From a virus, in IMG/VR virus record IMGVR_UViG_3300045988_183727: 64,000 nt of DNA; one strand, given 5' to 3'. The translations under genes were made by a program, and so were the position numbers. Below are positions 45,576-54,654 of the stretch, piece by piece. Position 1 is the first letter of the stretch. Each line of letters opens with the position of its first letter. The notes under the pieces were generated by a model. That model was not told the origin of the DNA, did no database searches, and saw nothing but the letters and a program-made list of their open reading frames with translations.

Positions 45576-47647
45576 TTTCTTGATGCCTCCTTTGCGGTAT
45601 TGTCGGTCTCCTGACCTCCCGCGATTATGGAATCGACCATTTTGCAGGAACCTTTTCCTCTGTTCAAAAGTGTCTTTGCGTCCTCCTTTGCCTGTTCGTA
45701 CTCAGCGGGGTATGCCATCATAAGGGTCATATATCGGTTCCATCCGGATTGTTCTGTGCCGAGGAAATCTCCGGCACCTCTAATGCGGAGGTCCGCCTCT
45801 GCAATTTCAAACCCGTTATTGGTCTGTACCATGGCGTTCAGTCTCTCCATCGCAGCCGGCGTGGGCGACGCGCCTGCTTCCAGCACACAATAGGACTGTA
45901 CGCTGCTCCGCCCTACACGCCCTCTCAACTGGTGCAGACTGGAAAGCCCGAAACGGTCCGCGTTTACAATGACCATCATTGTCGCGGTAGGGACATTTAC
46001 GCCAACCTCCACAACGGTTGTACTGACAAGCACATCTACTTGACCATCCTTGAATCGCGAGAGAATGTCCTCCGTTTCTGTCTTTCCCATCTTGCCTGTT
46101 ACTGTTTCGATGCGGACGCCATACGGCTCCAGAACAGAACGGTATTCTGCGCTGACCTCCTCGACAGACTGTACGCCTTCCAGTTTTTCGCTTCTATCAA
46201 TAAGCGGACAGACAACATAGGTTTGATACCCCTTTTGTTTCTGCAGCAGAATGAAGCGAAAGATTTTTTCTTTACTTGTGGCAATACCGGTAATAACTGG
46301 AAGACGTCCGTCCGGCATCGTTTTAATGGTGTGGAGCTGCACGGTATCCCCATAAATTACCTGAGCCAGACTGCGGGGGATGGGGGTGGCAGACATAGTA
46401 ATAGAATGAACACCGCCTGAAGCCTTTTCGATGAGCGCTGTACGCTGGTCAACGCCAAACTTGTGTTCCTCATCCGTTACGGTTAAGGCGAGATTTTTAT
46501 ACTCCACATCTTCTCCAATGATGGACTGTGTTCCAACAATGAGCTGTGCCTTGCCTTCCTTGATGGCGGCCAAGGCTTTTTTCTTTTCGCTCGTCTTCAA
46601 ATCGCTGCCAAGCCAAACAACACTTACGTCAAACGGTTCCGCCAGAGCAGAGAGGTCCTCGTAGTGCTGACGCGCCAACACCAGCGTTGGAGCCATCACC
46701 GCTGCCTGATACCCATTCTCAGCCATGGTCATCATAAGGCAAAAGGCAACGATGCTCTTTCCACAACCGACATCACCCTGCACAAGCGCGTTGATGCGAT
46801 GCCCGTCTGCTGCAAATTGAGTCATGCTCTCAATCGCGTCCATCTGGTCTTTTGTGAGAGAATAGGGCAGGGACTTCTTAATCTTTTCAATCCAGCCGTT
46901 TGTTTTGACGGAGAATTGGCTACCTTTAGAAATCTTTCGTGCGGCCCATTCGTTAGCCATAGCAAAATATACGAGGTCTTCCTGAAGGAGTCGGGATTGA
47001 CCATCCTTAATATCCTGCTCGGAAACGGGGAAGTGCAGCTTCTTGAGTGAAGTCCAAAGGCTTGAAAGACCTTTTTTGTCGAGGAAATCATTGGGAAGCG
47101 TTTCAATAAGTCCGATAGTTCTGTCGGAAGCCTCCTGAATCTTTTCTCTCAGGTAGGCATCGCTCACGCCTCCGATTTGAGCGTACACAGGACGAATGCC
47201 CGGTGCCTGCCCATAGGCAGGCTCGAAAATCTCCGGTGCCGTCATGGTGTAGTTGTTGTATTTCTCGCTGTATCCGACCTTTCCAGCCACATAAACCTCC
47301 TGCCCTGTGCAAGTGGAAATCTTGCGGAAGAGGTAGTTTTGCCGGAACCATGTAATAACGAGTTTTTCTCCGCTTGGAAGCACCGTGCAGTGTGCGATAA
47401 TCATAGGGACATGAGAGGAAGTCTGCACATAAGAACCCTTATAGCGCAGTTCTTGGCCGAAGGACTTCACTTCGTCTACACGTACAAGACAAGCCTGCTC
47501 CGCACCATCTATGAGATGCGTTGCAAGCTGCCGGTAGTCCTTATAGCTTTTTGGGATATAACGCAGAAGGTCTTCTGCTGAGTGGATACCTTTTTTCTCG
47601 AAACGCTTTTCCTTTTGTGCGTTTACTCCAATGACGGATAGCTTCAT
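45572..47647 (-). CDS. recG: ATP-dependent DNA helicase RecG
   Basis: Walker A GDVGCGKS, DEEHKFGVDQR, RGRVGRS. Start MKLSVIG after ggaggtgag. Confidence 0.85.
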   Translation of the reverse strand: MKLSVIGVNAQKEKRFEKKGIHSAEDLLRYIPKSYKDYRQLATHLIDGAEQACLVRVDEVKSFGQELRYKGSYVQTSSHVPMIIAHCTVLPSGEKLVITWFRQNYLFRKISTCTGQEVYVAGKVGYSEKYNNYTMTAPEIFEPAYGQAPGIRPVYAQIGGVSDAYLREKIQEASDRTIGLIETLPNDFLDKKGLSSLWTSLKKLHFPVSEQDIKDGQSRLLQEDLVYFAMANEWAARKISKGSQFSVKTNGWIEKIKKSLPYSLTKDQMDAIESMTQFAADGHRINALVQGDVGCGKSIVAFCLMMTMAENGYQAAVMAPTLVLARQHYEDLSALAEPFDVSVVWLGSDLKTSEKKKALAAIKEGKAQLIVGTQSIIGEDVEYKNLALTVTDEEHKFGVDQRTALIEKASGGVHSITMSATPIPRSLAQVIYGDTVQLHTIKTMPDGRLPVITGIATSKEKIFRFILLQKQKGYQTYVVCPLIDRSEKLEGVQSVEEVSAEYRSVLEPYGVRIETVTGKMGKTETEDILSRFKDGQVDVLVSTTVVEVGVNVPTATMMVIVNADRFGLSSLHQLRGRVGRSSVQSYCVLEAGASPTPAAMERLNAMVQTNNGFEIAEADLRIRGAGDFLGTEQSGWNRYMTLMMAYPAEYEQAKEDAKTLLNRGKGSCKMVDSIIAGGQETDNTAKEASRK

Positions 47648-47770
47648 ATATGTTCTCACCTCCGTGTGGTGGGAAAATGTTAGGGTGTCGGGGTGCTTTT
47701 CGTGAACTACTCGGCAATAAATCACCGAGGATTCTTGCTTACTTCTTATAAAGAGGGCTTACACACCCTT

Positions 47771-47800
47771 ATTATAAACACGAACATAAAATTTTGTCAA
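47771..47800 (-). promoter_or_regulatory. minus-strand promoter of the conserved family, upstream of recG
   Basis: On the minus strand: cttgacaaaattttatgttcgtgtttataat. Confidence 0.4.
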
Positions 47801-47961
47801 GTGTGTTAGAGAGAAAATTTACTGGATGTCAACCTTTTTTCTTTTGCATATTCGTTATTATTGCCAACTATTTTTCCGTAAAATACAGCTTGCTTTAGTT
47901 TGCGCGGCACGCTTTGCGGCGTATAAACTCGCGGTATAGCTTTTTTTTCTGATAATTAGAC

Positions 47962-47990
47962 TTGACATTTTTATATGTTCGTGTTAGTAT
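47962..47990 (+). promoter_or_regulatory. promoter of the conserved family
   Basis: cttgacatttttatatgttcgtgttagtat. Confidence 0.45.
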
Positions 47991-47996
47991 AACAGC

Positions 47997-48107
47997 GTGG
48001 ACAGGGCAAGAAAGGCTCGTTCGAAGGGCTCGTGCCTAAAATGACAATATTCTTGCGATTGTAAGAATAAGCGCCTAAATTGCCCGTCCCGTTTTCTTCT
48101 TTCTTTA
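47997..48107 (+). ncRNA. candidate ~110-nt structured small RNA (promoter to U-tract)
   Basis: The closing stem ggacagggcaa / ttgcccgtcc encloses internal hairpins and is followed by cgttttcttctttcttt. No credible ORF. Confidence 0.35.
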
Positions 48108-48484
48108 ATTACACTCATAAGCACAATAAAGTCAGCTCCCTGAGGGAAGTGTGCGGGAGTTGCTTCGACTTTCGCGTTGTTCTCCATGCGGGGAGGTTCT
48201 GGCGGTTCGAGTCCGCACGACGCGCCTTCTGTTTTCGCTGCTTCTATCTTCACCTCCGTCTTTTTAACGAGCAGCGGACACAGAAACATCTCTCAATATG
48301 ATAGCGTAGCATAACTGGTAATGCCGTACCTCTCTCACAGGTAACGATATGTTGGTTCAACTCCAGCCGCTATTGCCAGCCGGCGTTCTACCCACCCCGC
48401 CGACATCAACTCTCTTCGGCGCTGGCGGCCTCCGTGCAGACGGGATTACACGTGATAAGCGGAGGCTGCCAGCACCACCAAAAT

Positions 48485-48560
48485 GCTGGTGTAGCTCAGT
48501 AGGCAGAGCGGCGCACTCGTAACGCGCAGGTCGTGGGTTCGACCCCCACCGTCAGCTCCA
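48485..48560 (+). tRNA. tRNA-Thr(CGT), CCA encoded
   Basis: Cloverleaf with anticodon loop ctCGTaa and T-loop ttcgacc. Confidence 0.85.
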
Positions 48561-48652
48561 TTCCATACTCATTCTCCTTCAAGTGAAGCCCCCGTGTAAC
48601 AGGTCTTTTGAAAAGTGCTTTCAGCCTCGTTGTGCGGGGGCTTCACGACTAT

Positions 48653-48728
48653 GCTGATGTAGCTCAGTTGGCAGAGCGGCGGATTTGTAAACCGCAGGTC
48701 GGGGGTTCAAGGCCCTCCATCAGCTCCA
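48653..48728 (+). tRNA. tRNA-Thr(TGT), CCA encoded
   Basis: Cloverleaf with anticodon loop ttTGTaa and T-loop ttcaagg. Confidence 0.85.
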
Positions 48729-48763
48729 TTAAAACCATGTGCTTTTGTGGTGTTTTTATATGC

Positions 48764-48840
48764 GCGGATGTCGTCTAATTTGGTGAGACACCAGCCTTCC
48801 AAGCTGGTCATTGCGGGTTCGAGTCCCGTCGTCCGCTCCA
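48764..48840 (+). tRNA. tRNA-Gly(TCC), CCA encoded
   Basis: Perfect anticodon stem ccagc/gctgg, loop ctTCCaa, T-loop ttcgagt. Confidence 0.85.
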
Positions 48841-48841
48841 A

Positions 48842-48867
48842 GGACACCGTAAAGTGTGTCCTTTTTT
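48842..48867 (+). terminator. terminator after the tRNA cluster
   Basis: ggacac cgtaaagt gtgtcc tttttt. Confidence 0.55.
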
Positions 48868-49229
48868 CTTTATCTGCTTATTTGTCCTGTGTTTTTCGGA
48901 CAACATCGGTGAGCGCAAAAGTCGCCTGAAGCGTGAGAAGCGAGCTGCCTGCATCTGTTTTGCGGGCGGTGGCGTGATAAGGGTGAAACTCTGCGCTTTC
49001 AGTAGCCGTAAGCAGGTGAGCAAAAGTCTCTGCGAACGCCTGCATGGTTCGCGGGACAAGGGAAGCCGGAAAAATAAGTAAACGCGGGCCGAGCGCAGAG
49101 GTTGTTGGCGTATTCCAGACGTGGGTGCTGCCTTTTATGCTGTGCTTGTTTGCGTGGGGTCCGGTGTTCTCGCAGTCTGGATGGTTGCTGCGAGAGGTGC
49201 CAAAACTTATTGCGAAAGGACGGAGTTCT

Positions 49230-50288
49230 ATGCCAACTACATTTCAAGCGTTTAAGTATCGCATTTACCCGACTGATGAGCAGGTCGAAATCATTGAAAA
49301 GACTTTCAAGTGCTGCCGGTTTGTGTGGAACCATTTCCTTGAGCGAACCTCCAAAATCTATGACCGTCGGCAGGAAAAGATGACGACCTTCGACTGTATG
49401 AAGGTTCTCACGGAGATGCGGGAGCGCTGGCCTTGGCTTGCGGACTGCGGCTGTACGGCAGAGAGATATGCCATCATTGATTTGTTTGAGGCGCGAAAGG
49501 CGTTCTTCCGCCGCATTAAAGCGGGGGAGAAGCCCGGTTATCCCAAATTTAAGGGCGCGTCCCATCCGACACAGAGTTTTACGACCGCTGGTACTATCTA
49601 TGTGACGGACGATTACATTCAGGTTCCGTTTGGAGGACAGTATCAGAAAATCAACAAGCTCAGGCGAGGGACGGGGCGCCCCATCGAAGGGTCTCCCCGC
49701 GAGGTCACTATTTCTCGGTCTGCTACCGGAAAATACTGGGCATCTGTCTGCTGTAAAGTAGAGCGAGACACGCTGCCTATTGTGGACGGCGAGGTGGGAA
49801 TCAGTCTCGGCCTGAAGGAGTTGGCTATTGACAGCAACGGCGTTCACTATGAGAACCCGAAGCATCTGAGCAAGTCTGCAAAGCGGTTGGCACGTGAGCA
49901 GCGGCGTCTATCCCGCAAGAAGAAGGGCTCTGTCAACTACGAGAAGCAGCGGCGCAAGGTAGCCGGCGTCCATGAGCATATTGCCAATCAGCGCAATGAC
50001 TACCGGCATAAAATCAGCCGTGAACTTGTCAACGCAAACCAGCTTATTGCCGTTGAGAAGGTGGCCGTTAAGCCCTTAGTTGAGGGCAATGAGCAGGCTA
50101 AAAGCATCCTCGATGCCGGCTGGTCTGAACTTACCGGTATGATAAAGTATAAGGCGGACTGGGCTGGACGCACTCTGGTGGACGTAGATACCGCCACCGT
50201 AGCACCGGAAGCCAAGCATGATGAGGCACTGGCACAGGTCGTGCTGTCCGAAGGTCAGCGCATGGCTTCCGAGCAGAAGCCTGCCTAA
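49230..50288 (+). CDS. TnpB-like (IS605 OrfB family) protein, probably nuclease-dead and C-terminally truncated
   Basis: N-terminal FKYRIYPTDEQ. RuvC-I reads GISLGLKELAIDSNG, so Ser replaces the catalytic Asp. RuvC-II IAVEKV. ILDAGWSELTGMIKYKADWAGRTLVDVD. There is no zinc finger or RuvC-III; an unrelated 30-aa tail follows. Confidence 0.75.
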   Translation: MPTTFQAFKYRIYPTDEQVEIIEKTFKCCRFVWNHFLERTSKIYDRRQEKMTTFDCMKVLTEMRERWPWLADCGCTAERYAIIDLFEARKAFFRRIKAGEKPGYPKFKGASHPTQSFTTAGTIYVTDDYIQVPFGGQYQKINKLRRGTGRPIEGSPREVTISRSATGKYWASVCCKVERDTLPIVDGEVGISLGLKELAIDSNGVHYENPKHLSKSAKRLAREQRRLSRKKKGSVNYEKQRRKVAGVHEHIANQRNDYRHKISRELVNANQLIAVEKVAVKPLVEGNEQAKSILDAGWSELTGMIKYKADWAGRTLVDVDTATVAPEAKHDEALAQVVLSEGQRMASEQKPA

Positions 50289-50303
50289 AGCCGAGCGAGG
50301 AAA

Positions 50304-50563
50304 GTGTGCAATGATTGCACACATTGCCAAGGAAATAAAAACGAGTACGGACGGTATAGCCGGAATTAACGCCTGTGGAGATGCATGGTCGTCGTGGAAG
50401 CAGGAATACTCTGTTGGCTGGTAGTCACGTGAGAGGTGGCACCAGCGCTTTGGGGAACTGAATACCTGTGCTGGGTATACACCACCCGGAAATAACAGGG
50501 TTGTATACCAATTCATGGCGTCTCCTTTTGGTATACACCACCCGGAAATAACAGGGTTTTACC
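50304..50563 (+). repeat. R3: palindrome gtgtgcaatgattgcacac + ~130-nt core + 2 GTATAC units, directly downstream of the TnpB-like gene
   Basis: Palindrome 50304-50322; core 50345-50474. Confidence 0.6.
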
Positions 50564-50663
50564 ATTCGTAATTATAGTTCTTCCCTCCGCTGTGTGGAGC
50601 GTTTTGTCGAAATGACAAAACATTCCTCTTAAATTCTTAAAAACAAGAAAGGAAATAAAGAAT

Positions 50664-51242
50664 ATGGAACCTTCTATCAACAGAACTCTCACCGTCAGCG
50701 TCGTCAGCTATGGCGTCGTATCTGTCGTCAATGGAGTCATCAACGTTGACAACCAGAACCCCATCGAGTTTCCCGCCGTGCTGGACGAGGCATCCGCTGC
50801 CAAGCTGCTGAAGAGCAGATACGGCGGCAAGCTGTTCCCCGTGGATGCAAATATCGTCGTGTCTTCCATCCGGCATGAGAAGTGGAAGTTCTCTATGGAC
50901 CTGAGCCAGTTCGTCGCTACCGCTGCCCGCAGCCGTGTGGACGGCACCGCATCCGAGGCCGACGATGCCCCCGCAGAGGACATCCCCGCCACTGAACCTG
51001 CTGTTCCCGCGCCTGAGACGACTCCCGCTGCTTCTCCTACTATCCCCATGCCTCTGGTCTCTGAGCCTGAGGAGGATTTTGCGCCTGCTACTCCCGAAGC
51101 GCCTGCTCCCACCGGTGGTTTCGCTCCTGAGACTCCCACTCCTGCACCTGATGCTCCCGCCAAGGAAGTTCCCTATGGTGGTAACTTCAATTTCCCCTCT
51201 GACTTCGGTGGCGACTTCGGTTCCGGCTTTTTCGGCGGTTAA
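50664..51242 (+). CDS. hypothetical Pro/Ala-rich protein
   Basis: ORF track; RBS aaggaaataaagaat. Confidence 0.5.
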   Translation: MEPSINRTLTVSVVSYGVVSVVNGVINVDNQNPIEFPAVLDEASAAKLLKSRYGGKLFPVDANIVVSSIRHEKWKFSMDLSQFVATAARSRVDGTASEADDAPAEDIPATEPAVPAPETTPAASPTIPMPLVSEPEEDFAPATPEAPAPTGGFAPETPTPAPDAPAKEVPYGGNFNFPSDFGGDFGSGFFGG

Positions 51243-51248
51243 TAACCG

Positions 51249-51416
51249 ATGGATGTCGTGAACGTTGGACGTGGATGCCTTGATTGCATCAATAAGGAAA
51301 CTCCGACGAATAAAGAACCCTGTAAGAGCTGTTCCCGCTGGAATAGGTGGGAACCTGACGAAAAGTGTAAGGAAAAGATGGCGGTCAAAGCCGCACGTGA
51401 AAGGACGAAGAAATGA
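51249..51416 (+). CDS. 55-aa zinc-finger mini-protein
   Basis: C..C...C..C motifs. The stop overlaps the next ATG (ATGA). Not in the ORF track. Confidence 0.35.
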   Translation: MDVVNVGRGCLDCINKETPTNKEPCKSCSRWNRWEPDEKCKEKMAVKAARERTKK

Positions 51417-51730
51417 GCAACACCAATACACCTGAAAAGCCCGTCGTCGTATTCATCAGTAATGACCACGATACCGTCATTGGTGTGATGGTCATTAAGA
51501 ACGACGATGAAAACCTGCAGAACAATCTCGAAATCATTGAGAAAAACTGGGTTGCTGCTCGTAACGAGTTGCTCCAGCGGGCTCGTGAGGACGATAGCAT
51601 TGAAGCAGACGAGGACGAGCTTCACATCGCATTCATCGCACACGAGTTGGGGATGTTCGACGAGCCCTATGAGACTATCGACATCTCCGGCGTTTACTCC
51701 GTCTCCAATGGGAATGTGGACCGCATCTAA
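51413..51730 (+). CDS. hypothetical acidic protein
   Basis: ORF track. Confidence 0.45.
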   Translation: MSNTNTPEKPVVVFISNDHDTVIGVMVIKNDDENLQNNLEIIEKNWVAARNELLQRAREDDSIEADEDELHIAFIAHELGMFDEPYETIDISGVYSVSNGNVDRI

Positions 51731-51753
51731 GTTGGTCTTGGCAGCAGACACAC

Positions 51754-51792
51754 AGCGGCGCAGGCCCTACTCCGGCGGCTGCGCCGCTTTTC
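51754..51792 (+). terminator. rho-independent terminator
   Basis: agcggcgcag ... ctgcgccgct tttt. Confidence 0.5.
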
Positions 51793-51811
51793 GCTAAATA
51801 CCTAAAAGCAA

Positions 51812-52155
51812 GTACGGACGGTATAACCGGAATTAACGCCTGTGGAGATGCATGGTCATCGTGGAAGCAGGAATGCTCTGTTAGCTGGTTTTCATGTGAG
51901 AGATGATGCCAGCAGCTAAGGGAACTGAATATGCCTGTGTTGGGTGTATGAGGCCCTGAAATGACAGGGGTGTATACCATATAATCTGTCGCTTGAGGAG
52001 ACAGGCGTATAGAGCCCAGAAATAACAGGGTTGTATACCCCTTAACCGCGCTCCAACTTTCAATCCTAAGGTGTATAAGGGCCTGAAATAACGGGGTGAT
52101 ACCTCAGTTATTCCTTTTAGGTACATAACGGGCTAAAACAACAGGGTAGTGTACC
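51812..52155 (+). repeat. R4: core + 4 GTATAC units
   Basis: The core carries compensatory substitutions in its terminal stem (ccagca/tgttgg). Confidence 0.6.
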
Positions 52156-52221
52156 AGATTATATATGATATGGGTGTAGGTATTCGTTTAGGACAACTTG
52201 AAGTTGAAAGGAGGTCTCTGG

Positions 52222-52743
52222 ATGGCCTCAAAAAAGATATATAGTTCCCCTGAACTCTATGAGGACAAGTTGGTGCGCGTAATGGCGCGGCTTGGTATCG
52301 AAGAAGGCGACTACAACTACGACTGGAGTCGTCAGGAGTGTTGGGTTGAGTTCAGGTACAAGGGTGAGCTTTACCGCTTCTCCCATAGCGTGAAGAACGC
52401 CCAAGAGCACGGCATCTCCCTGCAGTACGGCTCCGATGCCTTCGCACAGGTCGTGCTTTCTTTGGAAGACCTCGCCCGTATGGTCGAACGTGGCATCTAC
52501 GACCTGTCCACATGGGTGGCCGGAATGAGAGCTCTGCCGGAGCGCTCAAAGTCCTTGGATGCCTGTTTCATTGCTCTCGGCTTTGTAGAGCCGCCCACAT
52601 CCAAAGAAGAAATCACACTCCACTACCGCCGGTTGGCGAAGGTGTATCACCCTGATGCCGGTGGCGATAGCTCCTCATTTGATGCGCTGTCTAACAACTA
52701 TGCGAAATGTATGGAGATTTTCGAGGAGGTTGCCAACAAATAA
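52222..52743 (+). CDS. J-domain (DnaJ-like) protein
   Basis: HPD motif in LAKVYHPDAGGD; RBS gaaaggagg. Confidence 0.65.
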   Translation: MASKKIYSSPELYEDKLVRVMARLGIEEGDYNYDWSRQECWVEFRYKGELYRFSHSVKNAQEHGISLQYGSDAFAQVVLSLEDLARMVERGIYDLSTWVAGMRALPERSKSLDACFIALGFVEPPTSKEEITLHYRRLAKVYHPDAGGDSSSFDALSNNYAKCMEIFEEVANK

Positions 52744-53252
52744 TGTATATGTCTCAGAAAGAGTTCAACGCTATGATGAAGAAAAACCCCCGCCTCCGTG
52801 TTCACGGTGCAAATAACAATACCCGCGAACATCGCTCCAAAGCGAATAAGGCGGCAAAATATAGAAATGTAAAGGTCTACGAGTATGCCGATGGGCTGGC
52901 TTTTTTCGGTAAGCCCCGCAATAATGGTGAAATCCCTATCGCTGTCTTTGACAGCAAGAAGGAGTACCACCGCTGGAAAGAGCTTCAGATTTTGGAGCGC
53001 GGCGGACATATCCACGACCTTCGCCGGCAGGTGCCTTTGACCATCATTACCGAGTTCGAGTATCGTGGTCAGAAGGTCTCCGGTATTACTTACAAAGCCG
53101 ACGCCGTCTATGTGCGCGACGGCAAGTGTGTGGTAGAGGACGTGAAGCCCTTCGATACCACAACGCAGAAGTATCGAACTACAAAGGATTTCAACCTCAA
53201 GTGGAAGCTGCTCAAGGCTGAATATCCTACTTGGTCTTTTGAAATCTATTAA
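52743..53252 (+). CDS. DUF1064-like phage protein
   Basis: FDSKKEYHRWKELQILERGG block; the start overlaps the upstream stop (TAATG). Confidence 0.55.
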   Translation: MYMSQKEFNAMMKKNPRLRVHGANNNTREHRSKANKAAKYRNVKVYEYADGLAFFGKPRNNGEIPIAVFDSKKEYHRWKELQILERGGHIHDLRRQVPLTIITEFEYRGQKVSGITYKADAVYVRDGKCVVEDVKPFDTTTQKYRTTKDFNLKWKLLKAEYPTWSFEIY

Positions 53253-53258
53253 AAACGA

Positions 53259-53533
53259 GTACGGATGGTATAACCGGAATTAACGCCTGTGGAGATGCAT
53301 GGTCGTCGTGGAAGCAGGAATACTCTGTTGGCTGGTAATCATGTGAGAGATGATACCGGCACCTTTGGGGAACTGAATATGCCTGTGTCGGGTATATAGA
53401 ACCCTGAAACGACAGGGTTGTGTATCACAGAATAACTGCGGCAGCGGCATATATGGCTCTGAAACAACAGGGTTGTATACCGCATAAAAAAGGCTATGGT
53501 GTGTAATACCCTGAAATAACAAGGTTGTGTACC
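53259..53533 (+). repeat. R5: core + 3 GTATAC units
   Basis: Terminal stem ccggca/tgtcgg, compensatory relative to R1. Confidence 0.6.
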
Positions 53534-53714
53534 CCATAACATATTGTTTCTGAAAGTGGTGGACGGCAAGTGGAAAATCTGAGCAACATCCGGTGGCGAG
53601 TTCATCTGTAAGACCTGCTACGGTGGAGGGAGCGGTATTTTCCTTGCCTACTTCGACCTCGTGCAGTGAGTGATTGCAGGGCTTTCGACGGTTCCGCAAA
53701 TTTGTTCGTTCCAA

Positions 53715-53797
53715 GAACTTGACAAAATATCGAATTATAGTAGTATAGAATTATAAGGAAGGACAGTCTAACACAGACTGTCCTTCCGCTTTTTTAT
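53715..53797 (+). promoter_or_regulatory. cassette E (plus strand): promoter + leader hairpin with U-run
   Basis: ttgaca 53719-53724; tagtagtatagaattataagga is shared with cassettes A-D; hairpin aggacagtct aacac agactgtcct followed by gctttttt. Confidence 0.45.
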
Positions 53798-53820
53798 GCT
53801 CAGAAAGGGGATGACAATTT

Positions 53821-54615
53821 TTGGGAAACACAAGCAAAAAGCACGTAAAATGGGGGATTTTCAAGACTGCACTTTTTACGTTCCTGTTCGTCGCAGTATC
53901 CGTTTTCTACTTTCTCTCCACCAACGTGACACTCGCACAGGCCGAAGAACGCTCGAACCACGAATCACCTCCTGCAGCAGAGGTTGCCGCCCAGATGGAC
54001 GACACCAAGCTGTCAGAAGAAGCGCAGCAAGATGTTTTGGTGCTGAAGGAAGGAATCCTCGACCCGCTTTCCGACATCACGGAAGCAGAGAACTCTGAAG
54101 ATGACCCCGACGCCGTGGAGGAAGTACAGGAAGTCGTTCCGACAGTCTGTTCCTACTGCGGCTCTGAGAACCATAGTTCCTCAATCTGTGCAAAGAGGTC
54201 TATCGCCAATGGTGCCTATGGGCGCTGGGTGATTCCGTCTGTTGGCTGTAATGTAGCGGCCTACTCGTGTAACTGGGATGCAGACCAATCCTATGTTCAG
54301 GAAATTACTGACAGTTCCGACAGTGCAGCTTTCTTGACTTGCGGCGGCGTTGGTGTTCTTGCGGACCACAATAACCAAGGTTTCTGTGGACTTTCCAATA
54401 TTTCTGTTGGCGCAAAAGCCTACATGGATTTTGGTGATGGTGCAACTTACTACGAGTGCTATCAGGTTGAATATGGACACAATACCGGCGAAAAGATGCT
54501 CGATGGAAATGGAAACATAATGAGCTACAGCAACTATTCTTCCGGCACCGTGATTTGCTACACCTGCCTTGACCACTGGACCAACATTTACATCACTTAC
54601 TGGACGCCGGTATAA
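53821..54615 (+). CDS. secreted/membrane-anchored sortase-fold-like protein, paralog 1
   Basis: TTG start after aaagggga. Signal/TM helix, an acidic linker, and a C-terminal domain with CSYCGS..H, IPSVG, ADHNNQGF and TVICYTC (a TLxTC-like motif). Confidence 0.5.
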   Translation: MGNTSKKHVKWGIFKTALFTFLFVAVSVFYFLSTNVTLAQAEERSNHESPPAAEVAAQMDDTKLSEEAQQDVLVLKEGILDPLSDITEAENSEDDPDAVEEVQEVVPTVCSYCGSENHSSSICAKRSIANGAYGRWVIPSVGCNVAAYSCNWDADQSYVQEITDSSDSAAFLTCGGVGVLADHNNQGFCGLSNISVGAKAYMDFGDGATYYECYQVEYGHNTGEKMLDGNGNIMSYSNYSSGTVICYTCLDHWTNIYITYWTPV

Positions 54616-54654
54616 GCGCCAGACACCCACTCTACTCTAAGAAAGGACAAAACC

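Noticed and set aside
48186-48235. Possible tmRNA (ssrA) or extra tRNA around the GGTTCGAGTCC motif
   Set aside because: No pairable acceptor stem, no 3' CCA, no tmRNA-like 5' GGGG acceptor, and no resume codon or tag reading frame could be identified. It is kept only as a tRNA-like remnant.
48870-49229. Structured GC-rich region upstream of the TnpB-like gene, considered as RNase P, SRP or 6S RNA
   Set aside because: None of the conserved motifs were found: the RNase P P4 helix GGAAAGUCCGG, or the SRP domain IV AGG..CCGGAAGG. It is more likely the IS left-end or leader region.
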